Below, one piece after another: positions 1-12,995 of a stretch of 64,000 bases of DNA. A model generated the notes under the pieces. That model had not been told where the DNA came from and did no database searches. It saw only the letters and a program-made list of their open reading frames with translations. Each line of letters opens with the position of its first letter. The stretch's first letter is position 1. The DNA lies in the NCBI GenBank assembly GCA_024679065.1, contig JAGIQG010000011.1:8494001-8558000 (forward strand). Direction: 5' to 3'. Made by a program: the position numbers and the translations under genes. This DNA is from Sphyrna mokarran. Its lineage: Eukaryota.

Positions 1-140
1 AAATGGAAACCCAGGTGACCAAGGCTAAACCTACAAATAAGTTTAAATTAGAGATTGTCAACCTCCTCCAAATATTTGATTGGCCAGCCCATTACTTGGT
101 TGGCTGTCTCTTGTCTAATCACTGTTAAACTCAGAAATGA

Positions 141-265
141 TGATGTAGAGATGCCAGTATTGGACTGGGGTAAACAACCACCAAGTTAAAGTCCAACCAG
201 TTTATTTGATAGTAATCCTACAAGCTTTCAAAAATGGTGTTCCTTCATCAGGTGAGTGGAATGTT
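141..265 (-). mobile_element. Penelope-like element 3' end (pLTR fragment), copy 1
   Basis: tgatgtagagatgcc..ttggactggggtaaac..ccaacc..tttatttgatagtaa..aagctttc..cttcatcagg is shared with 38670 and 53480; the 53480 copy abuts a GIY-YIG C-terminus. Confidence 0.8.
217..256 (-). ncRNA. Degenerate minimal type I hammerhead ribozyme motif (PLE-associated)
   Basis: Minus strand ctcac-CTGATGA-a-ggaacaccattttt-GAAA-gctt-gtagg; core boxes intact, stem II weakened. Confidence 0.55.
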
Positions 266-1184
266 CTCAGAACTCTGAAGTGGACAGACTAGAAGATGGT
301 TGGCATGGGCTTTGAAATTTTTAAAGTTTTAACATTTCATCTGACCCGCAAGTCACACATTTTGGAAGTTAAAATTCATCTCTTCCCTAAAAGTGATGTC
401 CAATTTATTCTTTATTTAAATCCCAGTTGACTGTCTGCTAATACCAACTTGGGAAATTATGGAAAGGCACACTATCCAACAAGACCAAGTAGATGGCTGC
501 AGTCATTCAGCAGAGCTTTGTTATCAAGGATGGAGAGACTAGGCTGCAGTGGGGAAGCCCAAGGATCCAGAACATTTCTGTTATTCCTGTCCCTACAAGG
601 ATTAAAAAAAATTAAAACTCGCTCTTTTTTGGACTAACCCTTGTCTTGATTCTCTTCCTTGCTGTCCTCATCTGACAGGAAATTCATTGCAACTTCCCTT
701 GGATTGCAATCTTAAAATAGCAGTCAGGGCCAGATGATGTCATCAAGACTTTACACGCATTGAAAGAAAACTTCAATCCAACAGCCAATTTTGGAAACGT
801 GCCATTGACTGTTGAGCAAGTTTAAAATGGGGAATCATCATTTTCTAATGTCATTTAAGTAACCATGGTGATTTAATTGCTCACCTGCTCAATTCTGTCA
901 GGTGGATTAGAGAATTATGGATGTAATAAGTTCATCTAGAGAGAAGGGAAGATGAATTAGTAATAGCAGACTCTGAAGAATGCATTTTTGAAATTGAATG
1001 TATTGTACGATTTAGACAACTTTAAACGATTCAAGGGGTATTGCCAAATTGGGGAGCTTTTCCTGCTCTGCCCTGTTCTGAATATTCTTTCAGGCTTATA
1101 CTATGCAGTACAAAGCTCCTCAACACACATGCAGAATTTTACTTTAAATAACACCTATTATCAGATAGAGACCAAACTGAAGTA

Positions 1185-1345
1185 TTTAAGGTGATTAAAG
1201 GATTTGATGGAATAAGTGAAGAGAAATTATTTTCCTTGCTGGGAGAGTCCAGAACAAAGGGAACAAAACCAGCAGAGATTTTCAGTATCAATATCATCAA
1301 ACATTTCTTCATGTAAAGGGTGGTGGAAATCTGGAACCCTCTTCT
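1185..1345 (+). mobile_element. CR1 LINE 3' fragment, decayed
   Basis: gagtccagaacaaggg..aaacatttcttc..agggtggtggaaatctggaac resembles the CR1 ORF2 C-terminus. Confidence 0.55.
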
Positions 1346-1499
1346 TCAAAAATCTGGAACTGTATTCTTCACTTAATCCACGCCACCTCCTTTCCTGAAG
1401 TTTTCAATCACACCCCACTTTCTCAATCAAAGCCTAATCCTGAAACTCATTCAGTAATAGATCCCAAGGTGAATCTCAACCCTGATTCTCTGGGTCCAC

Positions 1500-1727
1500 T
1501 AGCCTCTTTCCCTGATAGATCAGCGCATGCGCAGTTGCCCACTCAGTGCACTGATTTCAGTCTGTCCCATGGGAATATGCCCCAGGGTTTTTAATGATAT
1601 TCACGCTGGTGGCCTCTGCACAGGGTGTGGGAGATTCTTCTCTGAACTCTCACTGAAAAAAACCAGAGTGGTTATTCCAGTTTTCTCACGAATTCAACAC
1701 TCACAACTGTTTTGGGAAAATTCTGGT
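1500..1727. mobile_element. Harbinger-type non-autonomous element end
   Basis: Homologous to 2585-2788 (gatattcac..gtgtgggagatt..ctgaactc..cactgaaaaaa..gggaaaatt) and, inverted, to the 49381 element end. Confidence 0.6.
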
Positions 1728-2059
1728 TTGAATGTGTGCGTGATCTTACCAATCTTCAAAATCTCCTCCACCAATTGATTGAGGGTGACTATGAAGGATG
1801 GATATGAAATGGTAGTAGGACGAGTGTGCATCTGAGTATTGGTTTGGAGAGAGAGGTAGAAGTGTTTAGAATTGCAAGATGTGGTTGCCAGATGATTACC
1901 GTACAGGAGAAGTCAGAGAGTGATAGATACCTCTGAAAATGGCATCACTCACTTTTCCTAGCTGAATGATATCATTAGACCCCTTACAACATTGCATCCA
2001 GATCCTGGGACTCCATTCTTTCTGCTCACAGCTTCTATGCCAGTCACATCTGTTATCTT

Positions 2060-2788
2060 GGGTGGTTGGTCTCTTTCATGTGCCCTGAGGAAACTGCATC
2101 TCTTCTGACCTTCCTGGTAAGGTTCATTCCACATTCAGGGAACTAGTGCGAGACCCCACTGGAGTGAAGAGGCAGCAATCGAGACCCTCTAGGGGATCTG
2201 GTATGGGGGTGGTTCCCTCTGGATATCAGGAATCCTGGAAGTGCCTGCCTATGTCCCCATTCCTAGGGCACCTTGGCACTGCCCACCAGGCATCAGGGTG
2301 AGCTGAGAGGTGGGACTGCCTACTCGAGGGGAGGGGGGGTCTGCCTGCCGGGATGGAGGGTATGAGAGGTCTGCCAGGCGTGGGGGTGGGGAGGGATCAT
2401 CACTGCTGGGGGAGGGGCGGCTGGAGACCTGACCTGGTGCTCCGAGATGAGACGGGGTGGTCAGAGCTGGCTTGGGAATTGTTGTGAAGGCCAAGATTTG
2501 GCCATAGACGGGACTGTAGTAACTGCATTGCCAGATTTTTAAGCTGGCCAGCAATTGAGCTGGCCAGAAAATGGGAGACTGACACATTGCACATGTGCAG
2601 AGTTCTGGAACTGTCAGACTCTGAATAGGTCTCAGCCCCTGAGCTTTTAGTGATATTCACAGTTGTGACCTCTGCATTGCACAAAGTGTGGGAGATTGGA
2701 TTCTGAACTCCCACTGAAAAAACAATCGTGATTTACACCAGTTTCCTGCCAATTCAGCACTTAGAATTTTTTGGGGAAAATTGGGCTC
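2060..2788. mobile_element. Harbinger-type non-autonomous element, right part with G-rich subterminal repeats
   Basis: Ends ggggaaaattgggctc; terminus homologous to 1500-1727 and, inverted, to 49381-49520. Confidence 0.6.
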
Positions 2789-4333
2789 AAAGTTTCCAGT
2801 AACAATTCTGACTCCTGCTGAGGTCCCTTCAAATAGAAATGCGGACCATCCTCGTGCTCTGTGATTGCTTGGGAAACTCAAAAGCAGAATTCTAATAGCA
2901 GACTTGGAGAGCCATGACAAAATCTACCAACAAACAAAAGGTTTACTGACTTAATATCAGCCTAGTCCTGAGTGCAAGAGTGGTAAGATAGACTTCTGCT
3001 CTGGAACACGCAGTTTTGGAAGTCAACATTTCCTTTGTGTAAGGTAGATGGAGTCAGAGATGACTCAGAACCAGTGGAGACGCAGTGTAATCGGACTCTG
3101 GTTATTTTCCTGGATGTAGAAACATCTATACCTGGAAAAACAGCCATATTATACTTGACACACATTGTGGACTTTCCCATGGAATATACCATAGGCCTGA
3201 TTTCTGATCCCTAATCCATGTGTGGATGATGTGAGGAATTTTATGGAGGCCACAGAGGTCTTGCCTATGGGCTGGAGAGCCATGGAGAAACTGACAGCAG
3301 CTCCTCCTTGAAAAGCCCACCATATTAAGAGCCAATCGAGCAGTTGAGAGATTACTAGCAGATCTTCCAAGGACCAGGATGCTGGAGATAAGAAGTCCCA
3401 GTTTGTAAGAGCTGCTAGTCAATCAGAGGCCAGCAGCTCTTGTGCTCATTGTAAGCCATGGGGGAGATAATGGCAGCTGTAGGAAACACACCCACCAAAG
3501 ATCAAAGTTCACAGAAGAACCCAGATGAGGTAAACAATGGTGGGGTTTTTTCATGTGCTGGGGATCACAAGGAGGGAATCTTATGGGTTGGCAACAAGGG
3601 CCAGATTTGGCTCACAGTGGCCCTCCCAACCCTTCAATCAGGCACTGAGTTTGCATCCAATGTTGTCAACATGTTGATATGGCCTGTTGTTAAGTTAATA
3701 CTAGCAGTGGCAGGAAGAGGCCCTTATTTAGACATTAATTGCCCAATGAAGGGTCTCAATTAACAGCATGCGGGGTATTTGATGTGAAGTGGAAAAGTGG
3801 TGGAGACCCACAGGCTGCCATCCGAAACAAGTTAACGACCTACCCTGCCTTCAAACTCACTGGGAGAAACACATAAAATACCCCTTCCAATAAATAGCAT
3901 TAGTGCAAATTTCTGATAAAAAATGATAGCACAAATGTTTGACTGTGGTTCAGCTAATGTCCCACAAGAGTAACAGGTAGGCAGGGCAAGAGATAGTTCT
4001 GCCTATGGTATTACTTCAAATCAAAGAATTGAAATTGTAATATATTTTATAGCTGTTGTTCAACATCTGGTAGAATGAAATATTACTTCTTGCTTTGCTT
4101 ACCTTCATGAAAATTGACCATTGTGGTGGCTTTGTGAATAGAACAACTAAAAGATTTGGATGGGCATACAAGGGGATCAGAGGAAACATGTGGAAACACA
4201 ATTGCAAATCTTTAGGAAAATCTAAATAATGAAGATTCTTGATTTAGGATAATTTAATGCCTCTCCTGTTATATAATATCAAATGATATTCTGTTTCTTA
4301 CAACATGATTTGACTTGATATCTTTGCTTTTAG

Positions 4334-4444
4334 TTGAAGTCAGCCACTTACACAGCTCAAAGGCTTTCTCCAATAATTTCTGCTGAACAGTTGGAGGAAG
4401 TACAGAAGAAGAAGGATGAAATGGAATATCATATGAACACTGTG
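4334..4444 (+). CDS. Candidate internal coding exon (phase 0-0) of an unidentified gene
   Basis: tttgcttttag|111 nt open, LKSATYTAQRLSPIISAEQLEEVQKKKDEMEYHMNTV|gtaagg; no family recognised. Confidence 0.3.
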
Positions 4445-4679
4445 GTAAGGATTCTTCATTCCCCTATTCAATGAAGCAAATTTTCCTCTCTTTGCTGGTT
4501 TTGGATCAGTTGAGTAAAAGTCAGTGGGGAACCAATCTGCTATATTCCCTGTTATCTTATCCCAGTTCTTTGATTTCCTTTCTGACGTGTACTCAAGTAT
4601 AGTTTGTTCACTCATAATCAAATCCACATGTGGAGAATACATCATTCTGCATAATTTAATAGGTTGCCTTGTCTAATGC

Positions 4680-4875
4680 AGTTTTGACACAACCTGGAAC
4701 TCACTCTGCCAACTGGTAGCTGGGGTTGCAGGCCATTCGAAGTTTTCAAGATTGTTAGGCAAGAGATATGGCCCAAAAACAGCTAAATGAAGTTCAGGTG
4801 CAAATCAGTCGTGATCCATTTGAATGACGGAACAGGCTAAAGGGGCTGAATGGCCTTCTCCTGTCTCTATGTTGT
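4680..4875 (+). mobile_element. CR1 LINE 3' end fragment
   Basis: ctggaactcactctgcc..aggggctgaatggccttctcctgtctctatgtt tail. Confidence 0.6.
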
Positions 4876-5109
4876 AAGCCCATTACAACATGATTGATTG
4901 CATCAAACATTGCAGGAAACCTAAAGAAAAGTTTAAAAAGCTGGGTGTGGGACTAGATTGGACAGTTCTTTACAAGAGCAAGTGCAAGTATTCAGGCCAA
5001 ATGAATTCCTTCTGTGCTCTAACTTTCTATGATTCTATGGATTGCAACTTCTTTTTTTTGTTTCTAATTTAGTGAGCTGATTACCACTTCTATTGTAAAT
5101 ATATATTAA

Positions 5110-5480
5110 CAATGTGTCAGATTCAGTCACTGAGCTGGAATTAGAAGTTCAAGGTTCACTTTGAGACATTAGCATTTTGTTTGCACTGACACTTCAGCGC
5201 AATACACAGAGACTTGCATTATGGTAGCGATTGTAGCCTCTTTAGATGAGAAGTTAAACCAAAATCTTGTGCTAAGATCCTATGACACTCATTGAAGAAG
5301 GACAGGAAGGTCTCTTGGTGCCCTGGCCTACATTTAACCATTAACCATGGTCCCCTAAACTGTTGATTTATCCTGCTTGTGGCATTGTCTCAAGCATTAA
5401 AGTATACATTTGTTTATCTGCATAACTTACAAACTAACTCACAAACTATGAAGTACATTGACAATGTTTATGATGTATAT
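5110..5480 (+). mobile_element. Deu-SINE (SacSINE1/AmnSINE-like), decayed
   Basis: ctttagatgagaagttaaacc..gatcctatgacactcattgaagaagg..ggtgccctggcc resembles the Deu domain. Confidence 0.6.
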
Positions 5481-5661
5481 ATTCTTATATTGCTGTCGTA
5501 TCGTTTGCTTCATAAATTGGTAGTTAAAGATCTAAAATGAGATTGGTTTTGTGATTTTTTTACCTAATGGAAGAAGGCACAAAATAGACCCAATGACTAA
5601 AATAATTAACAGGAATGTACCTGTCTTCTCCTCATATAAAAAACCTCTGTAGTACACTGGA

Positions 5662-5947
5662 GATAAAGTTTATTTATTAGTCACAAGTAAGGGTTACATT
5701 ATTAACATTGCAATGAAGTTACTGTGAAATTCCCCTAGTCGCCACAGTCCAGCGGCTGTTTGGGTCAATGAACGTAACTAGCACGTCTTTCAGAATATAG
5801 GGGGGAAACCGGAGCATCCGGAAGAAACCCATGCAGACACAGGGAAAATATGCAAACTCCACACAGACAGTGACTCAAGCCAAATATTGAACCCGGGTCT
5901 GTGGCGCTGTGAAGCAGCAATGCTAACCACAATGCTGCTGTAATGCC
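5662..5947 (-). mobile_element. tRNA-derived V-SINE (HE1-like)
   Basis: Minus strand A box (tggttagc), B box (gggttcaat), V domain gtgtggagtttgca..gggtttc..ctccggtttc. Confidence 0.9.
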
Positions 5948-5974
5948 TTTGTTATATATTCATTATCTGACCTT

Positions 5975-6290
5975 TTCTAGCCTGAAAGGATCCCAATGCA
6001 AAGCATTTCAGGGCTATGGTCACCTTCTCAGCATCCTTCTTGCCCTGCTGTAAAGCTACAGATCTGGTTCCAAGGGATGACAGAAATCTGTAACGCTTTC
6101 TCCGGCTGAGAGCCTTCTTCCATTCCACCTGTTAATTACTGCCTCTGCTCCATCTCCCATCTTGTGCTGCAACTAAAGGGAGGCTGCTACTAAAGCTTCA
6201 AGATTGGGAACAAGTGATATGCCCCCGTACCCTTGCAGCAACAATTTCTTCACATGCTGCATCAATCTCTGCAGACTTCACCAACTGTAA
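5975..6290 (-). pseudogene. Harbinger transposase N-terminal remnant
   Basis: Minus strand reads KVTIALKCFALGSFQA, matching the KVT.ALNF.A.GSFQ motif also seen near 53100. Confidence 0.65.
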
Positions 6291-7019
6291 GCAATTCCTT
6301 AAATCAACCAACACTTCACAAACATATAGAGAGCCAATAGAGAGTAATCAGAAACTAACATTAATGCTGTTTATTATCCCTTTAAAACTTTGCCGTTTGT
6401 AGCTGAACACATGTTTAGGTGTACGCATTTAACAGATGCCGTTAAGTCGAGTGACAGTGTTGAAAATGGCAGTATTGATATCAAATCTTTAATACAGGCT
6501 GACTGATGTCACAATCTGGCTACTCTACATACTTACAGTGCACACTTCTAACATCCTGAGCTCATAAAAATAACATTTGGTTGCTACAGAAGTGAGAGTA
6601 AACGAGATGGTTATCATTTTGATACTAAAATAGCACTCAACTTCAAAGCTATGGCTGCTCCAAAGGTGAGTTTTGTGGCCTACATTTTTTTGTGGTGGTT
6701 TCTGTGTAGGTGATCTTATTCTGGATAATGTAACAATTGCAAAATGTAGAACAATCAATAAATCCCTGTTGATCAAAAAACTGAATGCAGAGGCTTCAAG
6801 GATTTCACAACTATGTATTTAGTGAACATGTGTATTTCATTTTAAGTTATTGAAAAGAATTGTAACATCAAAGACAAAGTGGGTCAAGGAGTAATGGGAT
6901 ATTTCAAATAGTTATTATAAATCTGCCATATTGTTGTAGTGGGTTTGAGCCTGCATAGTGTTTATATTAAACAGCTCAGAATGTGTCACACTGAATTTCG
7001 GACTGTGTGAAAAAGAAAA

Positions 7020-7960
7020 AAATGAAAGATTTGATTGATATAGCACCTTCATCAATTTTGGGTCATTCCAAAGCACTTTACAATCAATGCAATTCTTTTG
7101 GAATATAGAATCAACATAGGAAATATAATAGCTAATTTGACCACAGCTTAATCCCTCAAACAGTAATGTGATAAAATCATAGAATAGTTACAGCACAATA
7201 AGAGGCTGTCTTTGGTCTTTGCAGAGTAGCTCATTCCAAATCCTCATCATTTGACATGTAAAAATATTTTCCTTGTGTTTTTATCTTTTCTTGCCAACCG
7301 TCTTAAATTGGCATCCTCTGGTTCTTGACCCTTTTGCCAATGGATACAATTTCTTTCCATGCAGTCTGTTGAGGCCAAACTAATGTTATCATAATTTCTT
7401 TGCTTTTATACTCTATGCATCTTTATAAAATCCAAGATCCCATATGCCTTCTTAAAGCACTTTCTCAACCTGTCCTGCCACCTTCAACAATTTCCGCACA
7501 GACAATCCCAGATCTCTCTGTACCTCATTACCTTTAGAATTGGAGCTTTTATTTTATATTTCATCTCCCCATTCTACCAAAGTGTATTCCTTCACATTTC
7601 CCTGTATCAAATTTCATCTGCCATACGCTCACCCATTTGTCAATCTTGTGGTCTGTTTTTCCAAGTTTTATGTCTTGAAACTAAATGTAGTGATTCAAGA
7701 ATAAATAATTGCCTAGATACTGGACAGGACATCCCCTGTTATTTTCAAAGTAGTGCGCTGGGATCAACACTTTAAAAGGCAGATGGGGCAAGAGTTCAAC
7801 CCCACATGCAAAAGATGGCACTTCCAGCAATGCAGCTCTCTCTTGATATTGTACTGAAGCATTAACCTAAATTTTGCATTCAATTTTTTAGAATAGGATG
7901 TTGACCCCCAACTTTCTGACATAGATATGTGAGTATGAGCATGAGCATGACTGAGATTTT
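7020..7960 (-). mobile_element. Deu-SINE interrupted by a CR1 fragment (about 7176-7660)
   Basis: Tail 7020-7175 (tatagcacc..ccaaagcactttacaatcaatg) and head/Deu domain 7700-7960 flank minus-strand CR1 sequence beginning atcatagaat. Confidence 0.6.
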
Positions 7961-8947
7961 GTGTCTCTATTTGCAGTAAATGGAATTGGGGGAAGGGAGT
8001 AGGGGGATATCATCTGAGCCGAAAAAAAGGGATTTACAACAGCGAGATTTCCTGCACTATATGTTCCTGTCCCCACCAAGAATGGTTGAGGTAGGGGGGA
8101 GAACTCGTTTGAATTCATTATTATACCATTAGCAGGTAGTTCCGCTGTAACCTCCCCGATGGTCAATAACCTGTCCCCAGTGTTGCAACATAAAGCCAGC
8201 AAGTTTTAAAACAGGTTTTACCAAACAGGAACCTGGTGACCTCCCTTCCAATTGGGAATTCAGAGATAAGTGCACTTCTCAGCACAGGATTCCAAAGGAG
8301 AGAAGGTACCAGCAGTGTGGGAGAGAAGGGGGTGAGCCTGCCACAGAGCTCCTTTTGCTGGAGTGAGTATCGTGGCTCTAGGGAAAAGGGAAATGTGTAC
8401 CTCAGATGACCATTGAGCTAGGTAGTAGGTCCATGGAGAGATCTAATGAGCACAGGCAGATACAAATAGGTTGCAAAAAGTTAGGTTTAATGCATTAACA
8501 ATGGTGGTTTAACCTCATGTACGTTTTCACTGTCTAAATTGTCAAACCACACGAGTGCAACTGAACTTTCTTCACCTTTCTAAACCTATCTCTACATCTG
8601 GTGTCTGCCCAGGGTTCACAACTGAAATGGAAGCAGCTTTCTGATTGCCAGGCCCAGTTCTCAGTGATGACTTTTGTGGTGGGCTTATGGCTGAAAGCTG
8701 TGATGTCTTTTCCAGGGCACATTTGAGAAATCCTCAGAGCTGCCATCTGGACTACTCTTTTCACCCTGCTTGAAGTTTTCTGGCTGTTCCCTTGTTGTGC
8801 CTACAAGGAAATGGAGATGTCATTAGCATTATGAAAGTGGCATAAGGATATACAAGATAGAATTCATATTAATTTGGTGAAATGGATGATGATGTTATGG
8901 GTCCTCAATTTTCTTTTTTGCTCCCATCTTCCCCTCAGCACAGGAGT

Positions 8948-9172
8948 TGTTACCAATGTAAGCGATGTAGAATGTAACTAATAATAACATTGGATGTGTC
9001 ATAGTGTGACCAATGGTAACATGCTGCAAAGGTCACCTGACCACTACATCATTTTGTCATTGATTACATAGTTTACTGGGTCAGCTGACCCTTACAGCAT
9101 GTTACCATTGGTCACACTACATTAAATCCAATGCTATTATTGATTACATTCAACATTGATTACATTCTAACA
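8948..9172. mobile_element. 225-bp fold-back MITE with TGT...ACA termini and 5-bp TSD (Ginger-like)
   Basis: About 95-bp imperfect inverted arms 8948-9042 and 9079-9172; perfect 25-bp core 9002-9026/9095-9119; GGAGT at 8943-8947 and 9173-9177. Confidence 0.75.
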
Positions 9173-9384
9173 GGAGTGATCTTGTCCCTCCCTGACTGGG
9201 AGGATGGCTTTCTCTTCATACTCCAAGTTTTATTTCGACCATTTGTCTGCCCAACTGTGCTCTCTTCCGGAAGTTGAGAGACAGTTTTTTCCTGCAAGGG
9301 AACAGATGGGGAAAGTGTAAGTAGACAATGTAGCAGGTGTAGGTGGGTGAGTAGTGATTGATGAGAATAGTGAATTAACCTGGC

Positions 9385-9860
9385 TGAAAGGAAAAGGTTA
9401 TTTATTCTCTACCCCCTGCACTGCACTCCCAACTTCCTGTGCAGAGTGTCAGTACTCACTAGCCCTGCCATCGCCACTCATGCTGAGTTGATTATCTTGC
9501 TGGAGGGTCTTCTCTCCATTTGAGGGTAAAAGATCACCTTCACTGCATCCAGCATTCTGCTCAGGTCCCAGTCTGAAAACTTTGGCATGGCCTTCCCAGC
9601 AGCCATCCTCTGCTTTAGATTGGAAGGGGTACTGGTGAGGCATTTAAATGGAGCCTTCAGTAATTGAATCATGCCAACTTGGTGGCAGGCTGGAACATCA
9701 GATTCTGCCCACTACGGAGGCAGTGTGGAACCCAAGAAAAAAAAAAATTCTCTCTAAATGTAAAGATATGGCAGTGAAAACCACTGCTGCTGCCAGTCGG
9801 CAACACACCAGTTTTCCCATCAAACTTGATACTTTGCCAAAGTATCAGAAAATTCTGCCC
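9385..9860 (-). mobile_element. Harbinger end with Myb/SANT-like gene exon 1 remnant
   Basis: PKFSDWDLSRMLDAV..RRPSSKIINSA*..QCR resembles the Harbinger Myb N-terminus; TIR-like gaaaattctgccc near 9860. Confidence 0.65.
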
Positions 9861-10061
9861 ATATCTTCACCTCAACAACAATTGAAAATGATCGAAAATA
9901 TATGCTCATGAATGATGTCTTATTGCTGAAAAATGCAAATTCAAATGAGAACACAGTGGTTGTGATAGACTGTAGGATTTAGTACTGTGCTGCTATTTAC
10001 TGCCTGGGCATGACATTAAAATTGATCCCTTGGATGAGATATTGGAATGGCTATCAGACAT

Positions 10062-10360
10062 AGAATCATCAAACAGAGAATTTGTCCCTATTTACTCTGT
10101 CCAAACTATTCACTATTTTCAATGCCTCTATTAAACAACCCTTTGATCATCTCAGCTCTCAGGCAAACAACTTATCAAGTCTTTCCACAATGCCAAAATT
10201 CTACATCCCTGGTATCTACATAGTGACTTCCTGCACTATCTCTAAAGCTTTAATATCCTTCCTAAAGCATGATAGCTAGAAGTGAGAACAACTCAGTAGA
10301 TGTAACCTAACCAGTGTTTTATAAAGGTTTAGCATAACTTCCTTGGTTTTGTACTCTGTT
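10062..10360 (-). mobile_element. CR1 LINE 3' fragment
   Basis: atagaatcat tail; cctaaccagtgttttataaaggtttagcataacttccttggttttgtactc. Confidence 0.6.
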
Positions 10361-11271
10361 GGGAGCAACCTGGTCTCCACCTGCTACAACTACATGACTG
10401 AAATTAAAAATTCAACACAGGGAGGAAAGCCTGCGTGAACATGCAGCTTATAATGGAATCAAGTGCATTCAGGGACCAACCTACTCTCCCATTTATTTGT
10501 GCGCATCACAATTCATAGCTGCAGGGAACTTTCCATTTTGCAGCAACTTTAAAATGCTGCATGCAAAAATCCTTGGTTTGATTTGATAGAAAAATAGGAT
10601 ATAGCACCATTATAAAAATTAATATAATTGTATTTCATTGGTTGCTTTGTACAGAAGGAGCGTACAGCAAGGGAACTGAGCTGGCAGATAGATTATCATC
10701 TACCTGGCTACAAGAAGCTATCAGCCTACAGACAAAATGCAGGTGGGCTTTTTACTTCCTATATATCACATGTTATCAGTCACTCAATGAATAGCCCATC
10801 TCCCAGTGGAAGATTATATTCTTTTCACAAAAAAACTCCCTGAAATTAATTAGACAATGTCACGCTTGATTTTATCTTATTTGGAAATAATTTATTACCC
10901 TTTCTGCAGGATCTATTAGCGCACAGATCAGTGTAATTATTCATTTGCAAAGAAGCTCAAGGGTAATTAGATGGAGGAAGCTTTACCACCCAATTGTGTT
11001 AATGTCTGCAATCGGGAACACTTTTACATAAAGAAATAATTGGCCACTGATTTGGATACAAGGGCATATTATCAGCAGAGAAACAGATGATTTTTATGCA
11101 AAAAATATTGTTATATTTAATAATAGTTTAATTTTATACAAATATTTCAATTTGTGATCTGCTTAAATTCCCAGGCTTTAATATTTATTTGTCAGAAGAA
11201 CTTTCTTTCAAATGATAATGAATGCCCACTGGATTTTCACCCAGCTTTTATGTGTTACTTCTATACTTTTC

Positions 11272-11815
11272 ATTAGAACATAAGTAACAGGAGCAGAAGT
11301 AGAACATATGCCTCTGTTGAACCTGCTGTGCTACCCAGTAAGATCATGGCTGATCATCTGCCTCATCTCCACTTTCCTGCCTTCTCCCCATATTGTTTAA
11401 TTTCCTGAGGGATCAAAAATCTGCCATGCCACTCACTGCCTTGACTTTATTTAAAAATGGCACATCCGTAATCCTCAGATAGAAAGTTCCAAAAATTTAG
11501 AACCCTTAAAGTGAAGAATTTTTTCCTCATCTCAGCCCTAAACAATTCACTTTTTATCAGTATCTACTCTTCAATCCCTTCAAAATCTCAGTGAGAATGC
11601 CTCATATTCCTTTAAACTGCAGATTTGCTCAGCCTTTCATCTTTGGACAAACCATAGGAAGAGATCTAGTGAACATTTATAGTATAGTATATTCTTCCTC
11701 TGATCTGGAGACCAGGTCTGTACATGGTATATTCCAGATGTAGTCTCATCAAAGGCCAATACAATTGTAGCAAAATTGTATTTGTACTCCTGTCTTACAA
11801 TAAAGGCCAACAGTT
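11272..11815 (-). mobile_element. CR1 LINE 3' fragment
   Basis: agaacataagtaacaggagcagaagtag..agatcatggctgatc tail followed by decayed ORF2. Confidence 0.7.
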
Positions 11816-11829
11816 TTTAAAAGTACTTT

Positions 11830-12291
11830 GTGAGGGTGTGAACATTATTGGCAAGGTCAGCACTTACTGCCCATCCCTATTGCCCCTGGGAAGTTGGTGG
11901 TGAGTCACCAAGAGAGCTGTTAGAGAGGGAGTTTCAGGTTTTTGACCCAGTGATAGTGAAGGAATGGCAGTTTAGTTCCAAATCAGGATGGTGTGTGACT
12001 TGATAGGGAATCTACAGGTTGTGTGTTCCCATGTGACTGCTGCCCTAGGTAGTAGAAGTTATAGATTTGAAATGTGCAGACAAAGGAGACTTCACATGTT
12101 GCTGCATCTTGTAAACTGCACACAGGTAATAAAAGTTTATGGTCATGGATGGGATGCCAAGCAAACAGATTGTTTTTTTTTCCTGGGATGTGTAAAACTT
12201 CTTGAATGTTGTTGAAGTTGCACTCATCCAAGCAAATGGAAAGTATTCTATCACACTCCTGTCTTGTCACTTGTAGATGGTGGATAGGTTT
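11830..12291 (-). mobile_element. L2/CR1-group LINE 3' end (same family as 29855-31545)
   Basis: ggcaaggtcagcacttactgcccatccct..ctcatccaagcaaatggaaagtattc; truncated by the LTR at 12292. Confidence 0.7.
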
Positions 12292-12995
12292 TGTTATGGT
12301 TCAGGTTAGAAACTCCAAAGTGTTTTATGAAGTCTACCGGAATCATAAATTTTGCATCTTGAATTTGGCTATGATAATCATGTGACGTTTCACTTCAGGT
12401 ATGATTCAAATGACGCAGTAGGGATCTTTTACCAAACAAAGTTTTATTTAGGAATATAATTAACATGTATAGTAAGAAAATTATCAAGAACTTTTATCAA
12501 TTACAAACAAGAAACAAAACAATCACTATCATTTATAATTTGAAATGAATATCTCTCACGTGTTCCAGTTGAAACCAAAGTCCAATAAACAAAACCCTTT
12601 CAACAAATTTATCCCTGCAGAGGCTAAAGCTCACTTAATACTGGGTTAAATGGTGGTTTCAAATGACCTTGAAAACTCAAAGCAGTTTGTAGTCTTCAAA
12701 ACACCAAAACATAGATTCTTTACTGCAGGATGGCAAACAAGATGTGCTTTCAGCTAACTGGTAAAGCTTTCAAAACAAAAACAGAGAGAGAGAGAGACTT
12801 CTTTCATCAATGTTTCTAACACTGCAACCAAATGAAACACAAAAAAAAAACCTAGTCACATGGTCAGCAACTTGTTTCTCTATTTCTTCTCCCACCAATG
12901 ACATTACCTAAGACTGTGAGCTGGGAAGTACCGACTGTGTGCTGCAGAGATCATTTTTTTTTTAAGAAATCTCTTAAAGGGACACTAACATTACA
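12292..12995 (-). repeat. 3' LTR (704 bp) of the Gmr1-like element
   Basis: TG...CA termini (tgttat/attaca); degenerate polypurine tract aagtgggcaga immediately upstream on the minus strand. Confidence 0.75.

Noticed and set aside
5981-6290. Plus-strand exon candidate after ttttctag
   Set aside because: All frames hit stops; the minus strand encodes a Harbinger transposase motif
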